This document shows, piece by piece, positions 8,728 to 17,365 of a stretch of DNA of 64,000 nt. Location: the NCBI GenBank assembly GCA_020725465.1, contig DYEY01000031.1:21813-85812 (forward strand). Reading direction: 5' to 3'. The stretch's first letter is position 1. Every line of letters begins with the position of its first letter. The translations under genes were made by a program, and so were the position numbers. Source of the DNA: Dethiobacter sp. Its GTDB lineage: Bacteria; Bacillota; Dethiobacteria; Dethiobacterales; Dethiobacteraceae. A model generated the notes under the pieces. It saw only the letters and a program-made list of their open reading frames with translations, ran no database searches and was not told where the DNA came from.

Positions 8728-11406
8728 ATGTCACAGGTGAATCTCACCATAAACGGCATACCGGTCCAGGCTAAAGCCGGCATGACCATCCTGGAAGCGG
8801 CAAAGACGGTTGGAATTGACATCCCCACCTTCTGCCACGATCCGGAACTGGCCAAAGTGGGTGCCTGCCGCATCTGCGTAGTGGAAGTGGCCGGCGCGCG
8901 CAATCTGCCGGCCGCCTGCACCGTCCCCGTCGCCGAAGGGATGGTTATACAGACGGAAACCGAACGTGTGCGGGCTGCCCGCAAAACCATCCTTAACCTG
9001 ATCTGGGCCAACCATCCGCAGGATTGCCTGGTCTGCGAGAAGACCGGTTCCTGCAAGCTGCAGGACTACAGTTACCGCTATGGTGTTTCCGGCAGCATCT
9101 ATAAGGGGCAGAAAAAGGAAATCCCCTTTGACGATACCAACCCGTTCTTCTTCCGTGACCTGAACAAGTGTATTCTGTGCGGCAAGTGTGTCCGCAAGTG
9201 CCACGATATCAACGGCGTTGGCGCCGTGGACTTCATGTGGCGGGGTTTTAAGACCATGGTTACCACTCCCTTTGATGTGCCCATCGAGGAGTCCTCGTGC
9301 GTCTTCTGCGGCATGTGTGTGGATGTCTGCCCAGTGGGTGCGCTGACACCGAAGCAGGGACTGGGGCAGGGCCGTTCCTTCGAAGTGGATAAAGTATTTA
9401 CCACCTGTCCTTACTGTGGCTGCGGCTGCACCCTCTATCTGAATGTGAAAAACGACAAAATTGTGGGCGTAACACCCAACTTCGAAGGCCCCATAAACGG
9501 GCACCTCTGTGTCAAAGGGCGCTTTGGCTGGGACTTCGTTGACAGCCCCGATCGCCTGAAAACGCCCTTAATCAAAAAGGGCGGGCAGTTTGTGGAAGCC
9601 GGCTGGGACGAAGCCCTGGACCTGGTTGCAGAAAAGTTTAAGGAGGTGAGGGCACAGTACGGCGCGGATGCACTGGGTGGCTTCAGCTCAGCCCGCTGCA
9701 CCAACGAGGACAACTACCTCTTCCAGAAGCTGCTGCGGGTACTTGGTACCAACAACGTCGACCATTGTGCCCGTCTCTGACACGCTCCCACCGTGGCCAG
9801 TCTGGCCACAGCTTTCGGCAGCGGCGCCATGACCAATACCATCGGTGAGATTGAAGAGGCCGACACCATATTTGTCATGGGCTCAAATACCACGGAGAAC
9901 CACCCTGTTATCGGCTATCGCATCAAGCGGGCCGTCAGAAAAGGCGCCAAGCTTATTGTCGCCGACCCGAGGGCCATTGAGCTTTGTGAATACGCCGACG
10001 TTTTCCTGCAGCTACGTCCCGGCACCAATGAGGCACTCTTAAACGGCCTGGCCCACGTTGTAATCCGCGACGGCCTTACCGATGAGGAGTTTATAAAAGA
10101 AAGGACCGAGGGCTACGAAGAACTGAAAGCGGCACTGGAGAAATACACCCCGGAATACGTTTCCGAAATCACCGGCGTGCCGGCCGCGGATATTGAAAAA
10201 GCGGCGCACCTCTATGCCAAGGCAAAAGCCGCCTCCTTCCTATACACCATGGGCGTCACCCAACACACCTCCGGTACCAACAATGTTTTCACCATCGCCA
10301 ACCTGGCCATGCTCACCGGCAACCTGGGCAAGCGCGGCGCCGGCGTAAACCCGCTGCGCGGCCAGAATAACGTTCAGGGCGCCTGCGACATGGGCGCGCT
10401 GCCCGTGGTCTTTACCGGCTACCAGCCGGTGACAAACGACGAAGCCCGCGCCAAGTTCGAGAAGGCCTGGGGCGTGCCGCTATCCGGCAAACCAGGTCTT
10501 ACCGCCACCGAAATGGTGAACGCCGCCGGCAAAAAACAGCTGCGTGCGCTGTACATCATGGGTGAAAACCCCATGGTCAGCGATGCCGATATCAACCATG
10601 CCTTCCATTGTCTCGATTCCCTTGACTTCCTGGTGGTGCAGGATATTTTCATGACCGAAACCGCAAAAATAGCAGACGTGGTGCTACCGGCGGTAACCTT
10701 CGCCGAGAAGGAAGGTACCTTTGTCAACACGGAGCGGCGTGTCCAGAAGGTCAATCAGGCGGTAAAGCCGCGCGGCCAGGCCCGGGCCGATTGGGAAATT
10801 ATCCGCGACATCGCCAACCGCCTTGGTTTTGACTGGAAATACAAAAAAGCGGAAGATGTTTTCAATGAGATCAGGCAGCTCACACCGTCTTATGCCGGCA
10901 TCACCTACGGCCGCCTGGGTGTAACGGGCGTGCACTGGCCCTGTCCCACAGAGGACCACCCCGGCACCCCCATCCTCCACGTCGGCAAGTTCAGCCGGGG
11001 CCTTGGCAAATTCACCCCCATCGAATACACCCCCCCCGCGGAAGAGCCAGACGAAGAGTACCCCTTTACCCTTACCACCGGCCGTATACTCTACCACTAT
11101 CATACCGGCACCATGACCCGTCGCAGCAAAGGCCTGGGCGAAATTCACAAAGAAGAATATATGGAAATTAACCCGGCCGACGCCGAAGCACTTGGAGTGG
11201 CCGAGTGCGACATGGTGAAAGTGACCTCCCGCCGCGGCGAGGTCAAAACCAAGGTCAAAATTACTGACCGGGTGCCCAAAGGGGTGGTTTTCATGACCTT
11301 CCACTTCAGCGAAACCGCGGTTAACCTGCTCACCAACACCGCGTGCTGCCCCACCGCCAAAATCCCCGAGCTCAAAGTCTGCACCGTCCGCCTGGAGAAG
11401 GCCTGA
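8728..11406 (+). CDS. fdhA: formate dehydrogenase catalytic subunit (Mo/W-bis-PGD) with in-frame UGA selenocysteine at 9778-9780 and N-terminal NuoG-like Fe-S domains
   Basis: ORFs 8728..9780 and 9793..11406 are in the same frame. The junction reads [31 protein letters not shown]. The N-terminus has 2Fe-2S and 4Fe-4S motifs and the C-terminus has a molybdopterin dinucleotide-binding domain. Confidence 0.9.
9778..9809 (+). other. Sec-UGA recoding site plus candidate SECIS hairpin
   Basis: TGA lies at 9778-9780. The hairpin GTGGCCA-GTC-TGGCCAC at 9793-9809 starts 12 nt downstream. Confidence 0.7.
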
Positions 11407-11499
11407 CTTGGGGTCAGGTTTCAACTTTTAAACTAATCAGGGCTATACTGGCAAAAGAGCACTGAAAGACCCCCCAAAGGGGGTTTTTCAGTCAGAAGA

Positions 11500-11525
11500 G
11501 GGGTCAGGTTTCAAGTATTAAACTA
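11500..11525 (+). repeat. second left-side REP copy (2 mismatches to the 26-bp IR)
   Basis: ggggtcaggtttcaagtattaaacta compared with ggggtcaggtttcaacttttaaacta. Confidence 0.7.
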
Positions 11526-11630
11526 AAATTATGGAAAAATTTTTCATTAAAAAGAGGGATAATAATCTATTTGTCGAAGCATCAGGTATTCCGTCCTGGT
11601 TAAATAATTTATGCTGCGGGTGATTGCTGT

Positions 11631-12539
11631 ATGCCCCGACACCCTAGAATTCACTTTCCTGGTGCGCTGTATCATGTGATTGTGAGAGGAAATGATAAAA
11701 AACAAATCTTTATGGACAACAAAGATTACCATAAATATCTTCTTATTGCTAAAGATTATCTTGAAGTTTCGGAAATTAATGTATTAGCATACGCGCTGTT
11801 GCCTAATCACGGCCACTTGTTAGTTGAAGTAAATACAGTTCCCCTGGGAAAGTTCATGAAAATGCAACAGCAAAAATACACCCAGTACTTTAATAACAAA
11901 CATAAAACTTATGGGCACGTATTTCAGGGTCGGTATAAAGCCCTGTTGGTAGACAAAGAAAATTATTTCACGCAGTTACTATGTTATATTGTTTATAATG
12001 CAATGAAAGCTGGTCTCGAAGAAAAATTGGGTGACTATCAATGGACCAGCCATTATGAGATTCTTCATAACAGACAAATAATTGTAAGTGTGCAACGGCT
12101 TTTTCAATTTTTTGATGATGATCCGATAAAGGCCAAAAAGAGGTATTTTTCTCTGCTTGGGGAAAATATTCCCGATAACGGTTCAGATTCCTTCTATCTA
12201 TCGGGGAAAGCTTTGCTGAACAGGAACACAATTGAGAAACAAGTCGAATTAGATGTAGATGAGTTAGTTAAACTGGTGGCGGGATTGTTTCAGGTTAACC
12301 CAGAACACATTATATCAGGCATAAGAGGCAGACAGGTGTCGGGTGCACGACGGGCATTTATTTATGTGGCCAGGCACCTGTTACAACTACCGGGTAATTT
12401 CGTAGCTGATTATCTTGGAGTATCGCCGCAGTATGTGGCTAAGACTTATCAGGAGATGAATGTTGGAAAGTCTGACGAGGAGAAATGGTTTAATACACTA
12501 AAGGAATCTTTGTTAAATAGTTTAAAAGTTGAAACCTGA
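11631..12539 (+). CDS. Y1 HUH transposase of the IS200-like/RayT (TnpA-REP) family with C-terminal DnaA-C-like HTH domain
   Basis: YHVIVRGN, the HUH motif LPNHGHLLVE, the catalytic Tyr region LLCYIVYNAMKAGL, and a C-terminus GARRAFIYVARHLLQLPGNFVADYLGVSPQYVAKTYQ resembling the DnaA domain IV fold. Confidence 0.75.
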   Translation: MPRHPRIHFPGALYHVIVRGNDKKQIFMDNKDYHKYLLIAKDYLEVSEINVLAYALLPNHGHLLVEVNTVPLGKFMKMQQQKYTQYFNNKHKTYGHVFQGRYKALLVDKENYFTQLLCYIVYNAMKAGLEEKLGDYQWTSHYEILHNRQIIVSVQRLFQFFDDDPIKAKKRYFSLLGENIPDNGSDSFYLSGKALLNRNTIEKQVELDVDELVKLVAGLFQVNPEHIISGIRGRQVSGARRAFIYVARHLLQLPGNFVADYLGVSPQYVAKTYQEMNVGKSDEEKWFNTLKESLLNSLKVET

Positions 12540-12546
12540 CCCCAGG
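12527..12546 (-). repeat. right-side REP copy 1 (agttgaaacctgaccccagg), overlaps the RayT stop codon
   Basis: A 20-nt perfect direct repeat with 12557-12576, and the reverse complement of the left-side core. Confidence 0.75.
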
Positions 12547-12556
12547 AGGTTGAATT

Positions 12557-12576
12557 AGTTGAAACCTGACCCCAGG
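12557..12576 (-). repeat. right-side REP copy 2
   Basis: Identical 20-mer located 30 nt downstream of copy 1. Confidence 0.75.
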
Positions 12577-12594
12577 TTGGAGGAAAGGCGGATA

Positions 12595-13365
12595 ATGAGG
12601 GTGGAGCAGGAGGGGGCGAAGGTAATGCCCGATATGGTGGTGCGGGAAGTACCGCTTACCATTTATTTGAACGGGCAGGAATTTGTAACCCTTCTTTGCA
12701 CGCCGGAGCTTTTGGATATGCTGGCGGTTGGTTTCCTGCGTTCCGAGGGGTTGATCGGGACTTACAGGGACATTATCTCGCTCCGGGTTGACCGGGAACG
12801 GGGCTTTGTGTTTGTGGAGACGGAGGGCGGGAGGCTGGCTGAGAAGCTGTACGGCAAACGGACTATCACCTCGGGTTGCGGCAAGGGGACGGTATTTTTC
12901 AGCGTTCTGGACTCCCTTCAAAGTAATCCGGTGGAGTCATCCCTAAAGGTGAGTAGGGATGAAATCCTGGGTCTGATGCGGGATCTGCAGGAGAAGGCAC
13001 GCCTGTTTAAGCTGACCGGGGGGCTCCACAGTGCGGCCCTTGGCAAGCGGGACAGCGTGCTCTATTTTTGCGAGGATATCGGTCGGCACAACGCGGTGGA
13101 CAAGATAGCGGGGCTATGCCTGCGCGACGGGGTGGAACTGGTGGATAAAATACTGGTGACCAGCGGCCGCATTTCATCAGAGATCCTGGTGAAATCGGCC
13201 AAGCTTGGCATCCCGGTTCTGGTATCCCGGTCGGCACCCACCTCGCTCAGCATAGATCTGGCAGAAAAACTGGGCCTGACCCTGGTGGGTTTCGCGCGCG
13301 GCCGGCGTTTTAATATTTACAGCCGGCTGGACAGGATACTTCTTTGGGAGGAGGAGCAGCAGTGA
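12595..13365 (+). CDS. fdhD: formate dehydrogenase accessory sulfurtransferase FdhD
   Basis: ITSGCGKG, GGLHSAAL and GRHNAVDK are FdhD signatures. The ATG at 12595 is preceded by ggagga. The TTG at 12559 in the ORF track lies inside the REP copy. Confidence 0.85.
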   Translation: MRVEQEGAKVMPDMVVREVPLTIYLNGQEFVTLLCTPELLDMLAVGFLRSEGLIGTYRDIISLRVDRERGFVFVETEGGRLAEKLYGKRTITSGCGKGTVFFSVLDSLQSNPVESSLKVSRDEILGLMRDLQEKARLFKLTGGLHSAALGKRDSVLYFCEDIGRHNAVDKIAGLCLRDGVELVDKILVTSGRISSEILVKSAKLGIPVLVSRSAPTSLSIDLAEKLGLTLVGFARGRRFNIYSRLDRILLWEEEQQ

Positions 13366-14396
13366 AAATTATTGATTTGCGCAGCGACACGGTTACCAAG
13401 CCTACGCCGGAGATGAGGCGGGCCATGGCGGAAGCCGAGGTGGGAGATGATGTCTACGGGGAAGATCCTACGGTAAACAGGCTGGAAGCCCTGGCGGCGG
13501 AAAAGATGGGCAAGGAAGCGGCTCTTTTTGTGCCAAGCGGCAGCATGGGGAACCAGCTGGCGCTGATGGTGCACTGCCAGCGCAGTGAAGAAGTGGTCTG
13601 TGACAGTGAGTCACACATTTTCCACTACGAGATGGCGGCGGCAGCGGTGCTGTCCGGGGTACAACTGTACACCGTGCCTGGTCTCCACGGCGGGGAGGCG
13701 GAGGAACTGATTGCGGCTCATATCCGCCGCTCCAGCCCGCACCTGCCGGTGACACGTCTCGTTTGCCTGGAGAACACCTTAAACCGCGGCGGCGGGTCAG
13801 TAATGCCGCGGGAGCGCATGGCCGGTGTTTACAGGTTGGTAAAGGAGCATGGGCTGGCACTGCATTTGGACGGTGCCCGCATCTTCAACGCTGCCCTGGC
13901 GCTGGGGTGCGAGGCGGCTGATCTGGCCTGCCATGCCGATTCGGTGATGTTTTGCCTGTCCAAGGGGCTTGGTGCCCCGGTTGGGTCGCTTCTGGCCGGG
14001 GAGAGGGGTTTTATAGAAAAGGCCCGCCGTTACCGCAAGCTGTTGGGCGGCGGGATGCGGCAGGCGGGGGTGCTGGCGGCGGCGGGCCTTTTGGCCCTGG
14101 CCAATACGGAGCACCTGGCGGAGGACCATGATAAGGCCCGGGTGCTGGCGGCCGGACTGGCCGCCATGGGCTTTGCCACAGACCCCGGACAGGTGGAGAC
14201 CAACATGGTTATGCTGGACCTGGGTCAGGCTCCCTTTACCACTGAGGACTTTCTGGCGCAGCTGGCAAAAGAAGGGGTGCTGGCCGGTTCCGGCAGGCGG
14301 CACGTGGTGCGGTTCGTAACCCACCTGGACGTGTCCATGGCCGATATCGGCGAAGCCCTCAGCCGTATTAAAAAAACAGTTGATATTTTATCCTGA
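13362..14396 (+). CDS. ltaE: low-specificity L-threonine aldolase
   Basis: IDLRSDTVTKPTPEMRRAMAEAEVGDDVYGEDPTVNRLE and the PLP lysine region FCLSKGLGAPVGS. GTG at 13362 with the RBS ggaggagg overlaps the fdhD stop. Confidence 0.85.
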   Translation: MKIIDLRSDTVTKPTPEMRRAMAEAEVGDDVYGEDPTVNRLEALAAEKMGKEAALFVPSGSMGNQLALMVHCQRSEEVVCDSESHIFHYEMAAAAVLSGVQLYTVPGLHGGEAEELIAAHIRRSSPHLPVTRLVCLENTLNRGGGSVMPRERMAGVYRLVKEHGLALHLDGARIFNAALALGCEAADLACHADSVMFCLSKGLGAPVGSLLAGERGFIEKARRYRKLLGGGMRQAGVLAAAGLLALANTEHLAEDHDKARVLAAGLAAMGFATDPGQVETNMVMLDLGQAPFTTEDFLAQLAKEGVLAGSGRRHVVRFVTHLDVSMADIGEALSRIKKTVDILS

Positions 14397-14437
14397 AGTA
14401 TTTCTCCCAAAAGATTAATTTGATTTATGTGTATCAG

Positions 14438-14476
14438 AAAAGGCTTCGGGTGTGGCAACGCCCGCAAGCCTTTTTG
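14438..14476. terminator. bidirectional hairpin between convergent genes
   Basis: Imperfect hairpin aaaaggcttcgggtg...cgcccgcaagccttttt. Confidence 0.55.
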
Positions 14477-14503
14477 TGTTTAGCCGCTGCTGCGGTTTTT
14501 GTA

Positions 14504-15337
14504 TTATGTCTGTAATTCGGGCAGTTCGATGCGTCGGGCGGTCACTTCCACCGAAAGCAGGTTCAGGCCGGTATAGAACTCTACGTCTTCCTTGACCCGG
14601 CGCTGTACTTCGTGCAGGACAGCCGGGACATTTTCCCCGTAAAAGATATTGATGTCAATGGCCAGCTTAACCCCGTCCGGCTCGGAGATGACATCCACCT
14701 TGCCGATGCGGGCTACCCCGGCCGCCAGGGCGGCCACGTGGGTGGTTAGCTGGATAATGGTGTGTTGTGATATAAAGAAGCTGCCAAAGGAGTTGAAGAT
14801 GGGCCTGACGATGGACCGCTCAATGACAACTTTTTTTTGGTCCCCGCGGTGGCTTTTCCCCCAGAACGAGCGTAGCGGGTCAATCAGGTAGCCGGGGAAG
14901 TCCTTTTTAATGGCGAAGGTGGGAATGGGGATAACATGACTGTTTTTCTGCCTGCGCTCTTCCAAGGCCTTGTTGATAGCTCGCGGGGAGGCGATTTCCT
15001 CAATCCTGATAATCTGCTCAGGGTTGGGCAGGCCAAGCCGCAGGGCGATCCGGCGGACCATCCGCTCTGATGTGCCAAGGACCAATATCTTGTCGGCAGC
15101 AGCGGCTGCGATGGCTTTCCTGACTTCGGCGGCATGTTCATCATCAAGAAAAATGGCCCGCTTGGTGGCCCCTATCTTGGTGGCTTCCCTTTTGGCTGAC
15201 TTTCCGGCCAGAATAGTATTACCGCTGATGAGCAGCCCGTCGTCAATTATCAGGCTTATACCATGCTTAAAAGCCAGGTATGACGCACGGTGCGACTTGC
15301 CGGTTCCGCTGCCGCCCACCAGAGCATACACCTGCAT
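14504..15337 (-). CDS. fusion protein: N-terminal P-loop NTPase-like domain plus C-terminal Asp23/Gls24-like domain
   Basis: Walker A VGGSGTGKSH at the N-terminus. The C-terminus ...VKLAIDINIFYGENVPAVLHEVQRRVKEDVEFYTGLNLLSVEVTARRIE fits the Asp23 (DUF322) pattern. Confidence 0.5.
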   Translation of the reverse strand: MQVYALVGGSGTGKSHRASYLAFKHGISLIIDDGLLISGNTILAGKSAKREATKIGATKRAIFLDDEHAAEVRKAIAAAAADKILVLGTSERMVRRIALRLGLPNPEQIIRIEEIASPRAINKALEERRQKNSHVIPIPTFAIKKDFPGYLIDPLRSFWGKSHRGDQKKVVIERSIVRPIFNSFGSFFISQHTIIQLTTHVAALAAGVARIGKVDVISEPDGVKLAIDINIFYGENVPAVLHEVQRRVKEDVEFYTGLNLLSVEVTARRIELPELQT

Positions 15338-15448
15338 TTAAACCCCTCCTGCCATCTATGGCTGTATTATAACATGATGCAAAATTTAAACCAAGCTTTA
15401 ACTTCCTGGGTCCAAAACGATAAACGAAGTGCAAAATATTTTTTAATA

Positions 15449-15477
15449 GCAGGAGTTCTTCTAAATTTTACGAATAT
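15449..15477 (+). promoter_or_regulatory. AGGA/GAAT (sigma-H-like) promoter candidate
   Basis: GCAGGAGT lies at 15449-15456 and GAATAT at 15472-15477. The segment is nearly identical in layout to 19856-19884. Confidence 0.4.
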
Positions 15478-15504
15478 AAGTGGTGAACGAGGAGAGGATG
15501 CGCT

Positions 15505-17205
15505 ATGACCAGACACTCTGTGGTTATCGTGGGTATGGGTAATAAAGGCGGCGCCGTTTACCGGGTCCTGCGCAGCATGGACAACGTCCGCGTGGTAGGT
15601 GTTGCCGATTTGAACCTGACTACCCCCGGCATGATTCTGGCGCGAAAAGATAAGGTGCCTGTGACCGAAAACTATGAAGATTTGATTCTCCACCCCGAAG
15701 TCGACACAATAATAGAAACAACCGGGGACAGGGAAGTCCAGGATAAGATAAGGGCCATTAAGCGGCCAGGCACCGATGTAATGGAGGCGCGGCACGGCAA
15801 CCTGTTGCTGGCCATTTTGCAGGCCAAGGAAGAACTCCTGGAAACAAAGAGACTTAAGGGAGAGCTTTGGGCCATCTTAAACTCCGTCCAGGAGGCTATC
15901 GAAATGGCTGACAATACCGGCCTTATCAAGTATGTGAATCCGGCCTTCACCAGGGTTACCGGCATACCCGAGGCGAACCGGGTCGGAAAGAATATTTTTG
16001 AGGTATCACCTCACGGTGCGTTGGCTAACTCTCTGGTTAAGCAAAAACCGGTGGTAGGTTACCGTTCCAAGGTGGGCGGTTCCGGCGTGGAGGTTATCTC
16101 CAACGCCTCGCCGATTGTGGTGGATGGGGAAATTATCGGTGCGGTGGTTGTTTTTCAGCCTATCACCGATATCTTAAAATTGATGGAAGAGCTGCAGAAA
16201 AGTACCACCATAATTGAAAACCTTTATGCCAAGATTGACCAGATTGTGGGCAGTAAGTTCACCTTTGATGATCTGATCGGAAACAGCAAGTCTTTTCAGG
16301 CCACTCTGGATATGGCTAAGAAAGCGGCCAGAAATGATTCCCCGGTGCTCCTGACAGGGGAAACGGGCACGGGGAAGGAACTGTATGCCCATGCCATTCA
16401 CCAAGCCAGCTCCCGTCGCGGCAAGCCCTTTATCAAAGTCAGCTGCGCCTCGGTGCCTGAGGAATTGCTGGAGAGCGAGCTATTCGGCCATGAGAAAGGG
16501 GCTTTCACCGGTGCGGTTAAGACCAAGCTGGGTAAAGTGGAGCTGGCTACAGGCGGCACGCTCTTTCTTGACGAAATTAACGAAATGAACCCTTATATGC
16601 AGGGGAAGCTGTTGCGCCTGCTCCAGGACAGGGAGTTTGAGCGGGTTGGGGGTAGCCAGGCCATCAAGGCGGATGTGCGCGTCATCGCCGCCACCAATGT
16701 GGACTTAAAAACCCAGGTCAGAAAAGCCCGCTTCCGCGAAGAGCTTTTCTTCCGCCTGAATGTTATCGAAATCAACCTGCCGCCGCTCAGGCAGCGACGC
16801 GAAGATATACCGCTTCTGGTGGACTATATTATAAACAAGCTTAATCGCAAGCTAGGCAAAAAAGTAAGGAACATTTCGCCCGAAGCGCTGCAGCTTTTAT
16901 CCAACTATGACTGGCCGGCCAATATCCGGGAGCTGGAAAATGTCATTGAACGGGCCATGGTTACGGTGGACGGAGATCAGATAGGACAACACCACCTCTC
17001 AATGTACATCGGCCAGTTTTCAGGCAACGGACCCGCCCAGTACACGGAGATAATGCCGCTTGATAAAATGGAGCAGATCATGTTAAAGGCAGCGCTGACC
17101 CGTTATGGAGAAACTTTGGAAGGCAAAAGGAAAGCAGCCCAGGCCCTTAACATTTCCCTGGCTACACTTTACAACAAGTTAAAAAAATATAACACCGGCT
17201 TATAG
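15505..17205 (+). CDS. sigma-54-dependent transcriptional activator (Rossmann-like N-domain, PAS, AAA+ sigma-54 interaction domain, Fis-type HTH)
   Basis: GETGTGKE (Walker A), the GAFTGA loop (EKGAFTGA), [19 protein letters not shown] and a C-terminal [22 protein letters not shown]. The N-terminus is [14 protein letters not shown]. Confidence 0.85.
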   Translation: MTRHSVVIVGMGNKGGAVYRVLRSMDNVRVVGVADLNLTTPGMILARKDKVPVTENYEDLILHPEVDTIIETTGDREVQDKIRAIKRPGTDVMEARHGNLLLAILQAKEELLETKRLKGELWAILNSVQEAIEMADNTGLIKYVNPAFTRVTGIPEANRVGKNIFEVSPHGALANSLVKQKPVVGYRSKVGGSGVEVISNASPIVVDGEIIGAVVVFQPITDILKLMEELQKSTTIIENLYAKIDQIVGSKFTFDDLIGNSKSFQATLDMAKKAARNDSPVLLTGETGTGKELYAHAIHQASSRRGKPFIKVSCASVPEELLESELFGHEKGAFTGAVKTKLGKVELATGGTLFLDEINEMNPYMQGKLLRLLQDREFERVGGSQAIKADVRVIAATNVDLKTQVRKARFREELFFRLNVIEINLPPLRQRREDIPLLVDYIINKLNRKLGKKVRNISPEALQLLSNYDWPANIRELENVIERAMVTVDGDQIGQHHLSMYIGQFSGNGPAQYTEIMPLDKMEQIMLKAALTRYGETLEGKRKAAQALNISLATLYNKLKKYNTGL

Positions 17206-17222
17206 TATTTTTGGAAACGGAT

Positions 17223-17247
17223 GCGGTCCGTCGCCGGACCGCTTTTT
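17223..17247 (+). terminator. rho-independent terminator
   Basis: Hairpin gcggtccg-tcgc-cggaccgc followed by TTTTT. Confidence 0.8.
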
Positions 17248-17365
17248 GTTGTTTATAAACAAAATAAGCAGGAATGTTTGGATATGTGATCTAAAGGATA
17301 CGGGGTATTTTTTGTATAAATTATACCTGACTAACAGCCGATATCCCATGCGGGGGGTTAATTAA

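Larger units (their letters stand above)
11410..12543 (+). mobile_element. REP-associated tyrosine transposase (RayT) unit bounded by 26-bp perfect inverted repeats
   Basis: ggggtcaggtttcaacttttaaacta at 11410-11435 is the exact reverse complement of 12518-12543. The interior is visibly AT-rich relative to the flanks. Confidence 0.75.

Noticed and set aside
12559-12594. The TTG at 12559 as the fdhD start, and similar upstream extensions at 820, 3000, 4543, 27055, 33608, 37696, 40782, 57669 and 60514.
   Set aside because: The extension lies inside the REP repeat, or in the other cases upstream of a good RBS-ATG pair. Homology to the protein families starts at the internal start codons listed in the features.
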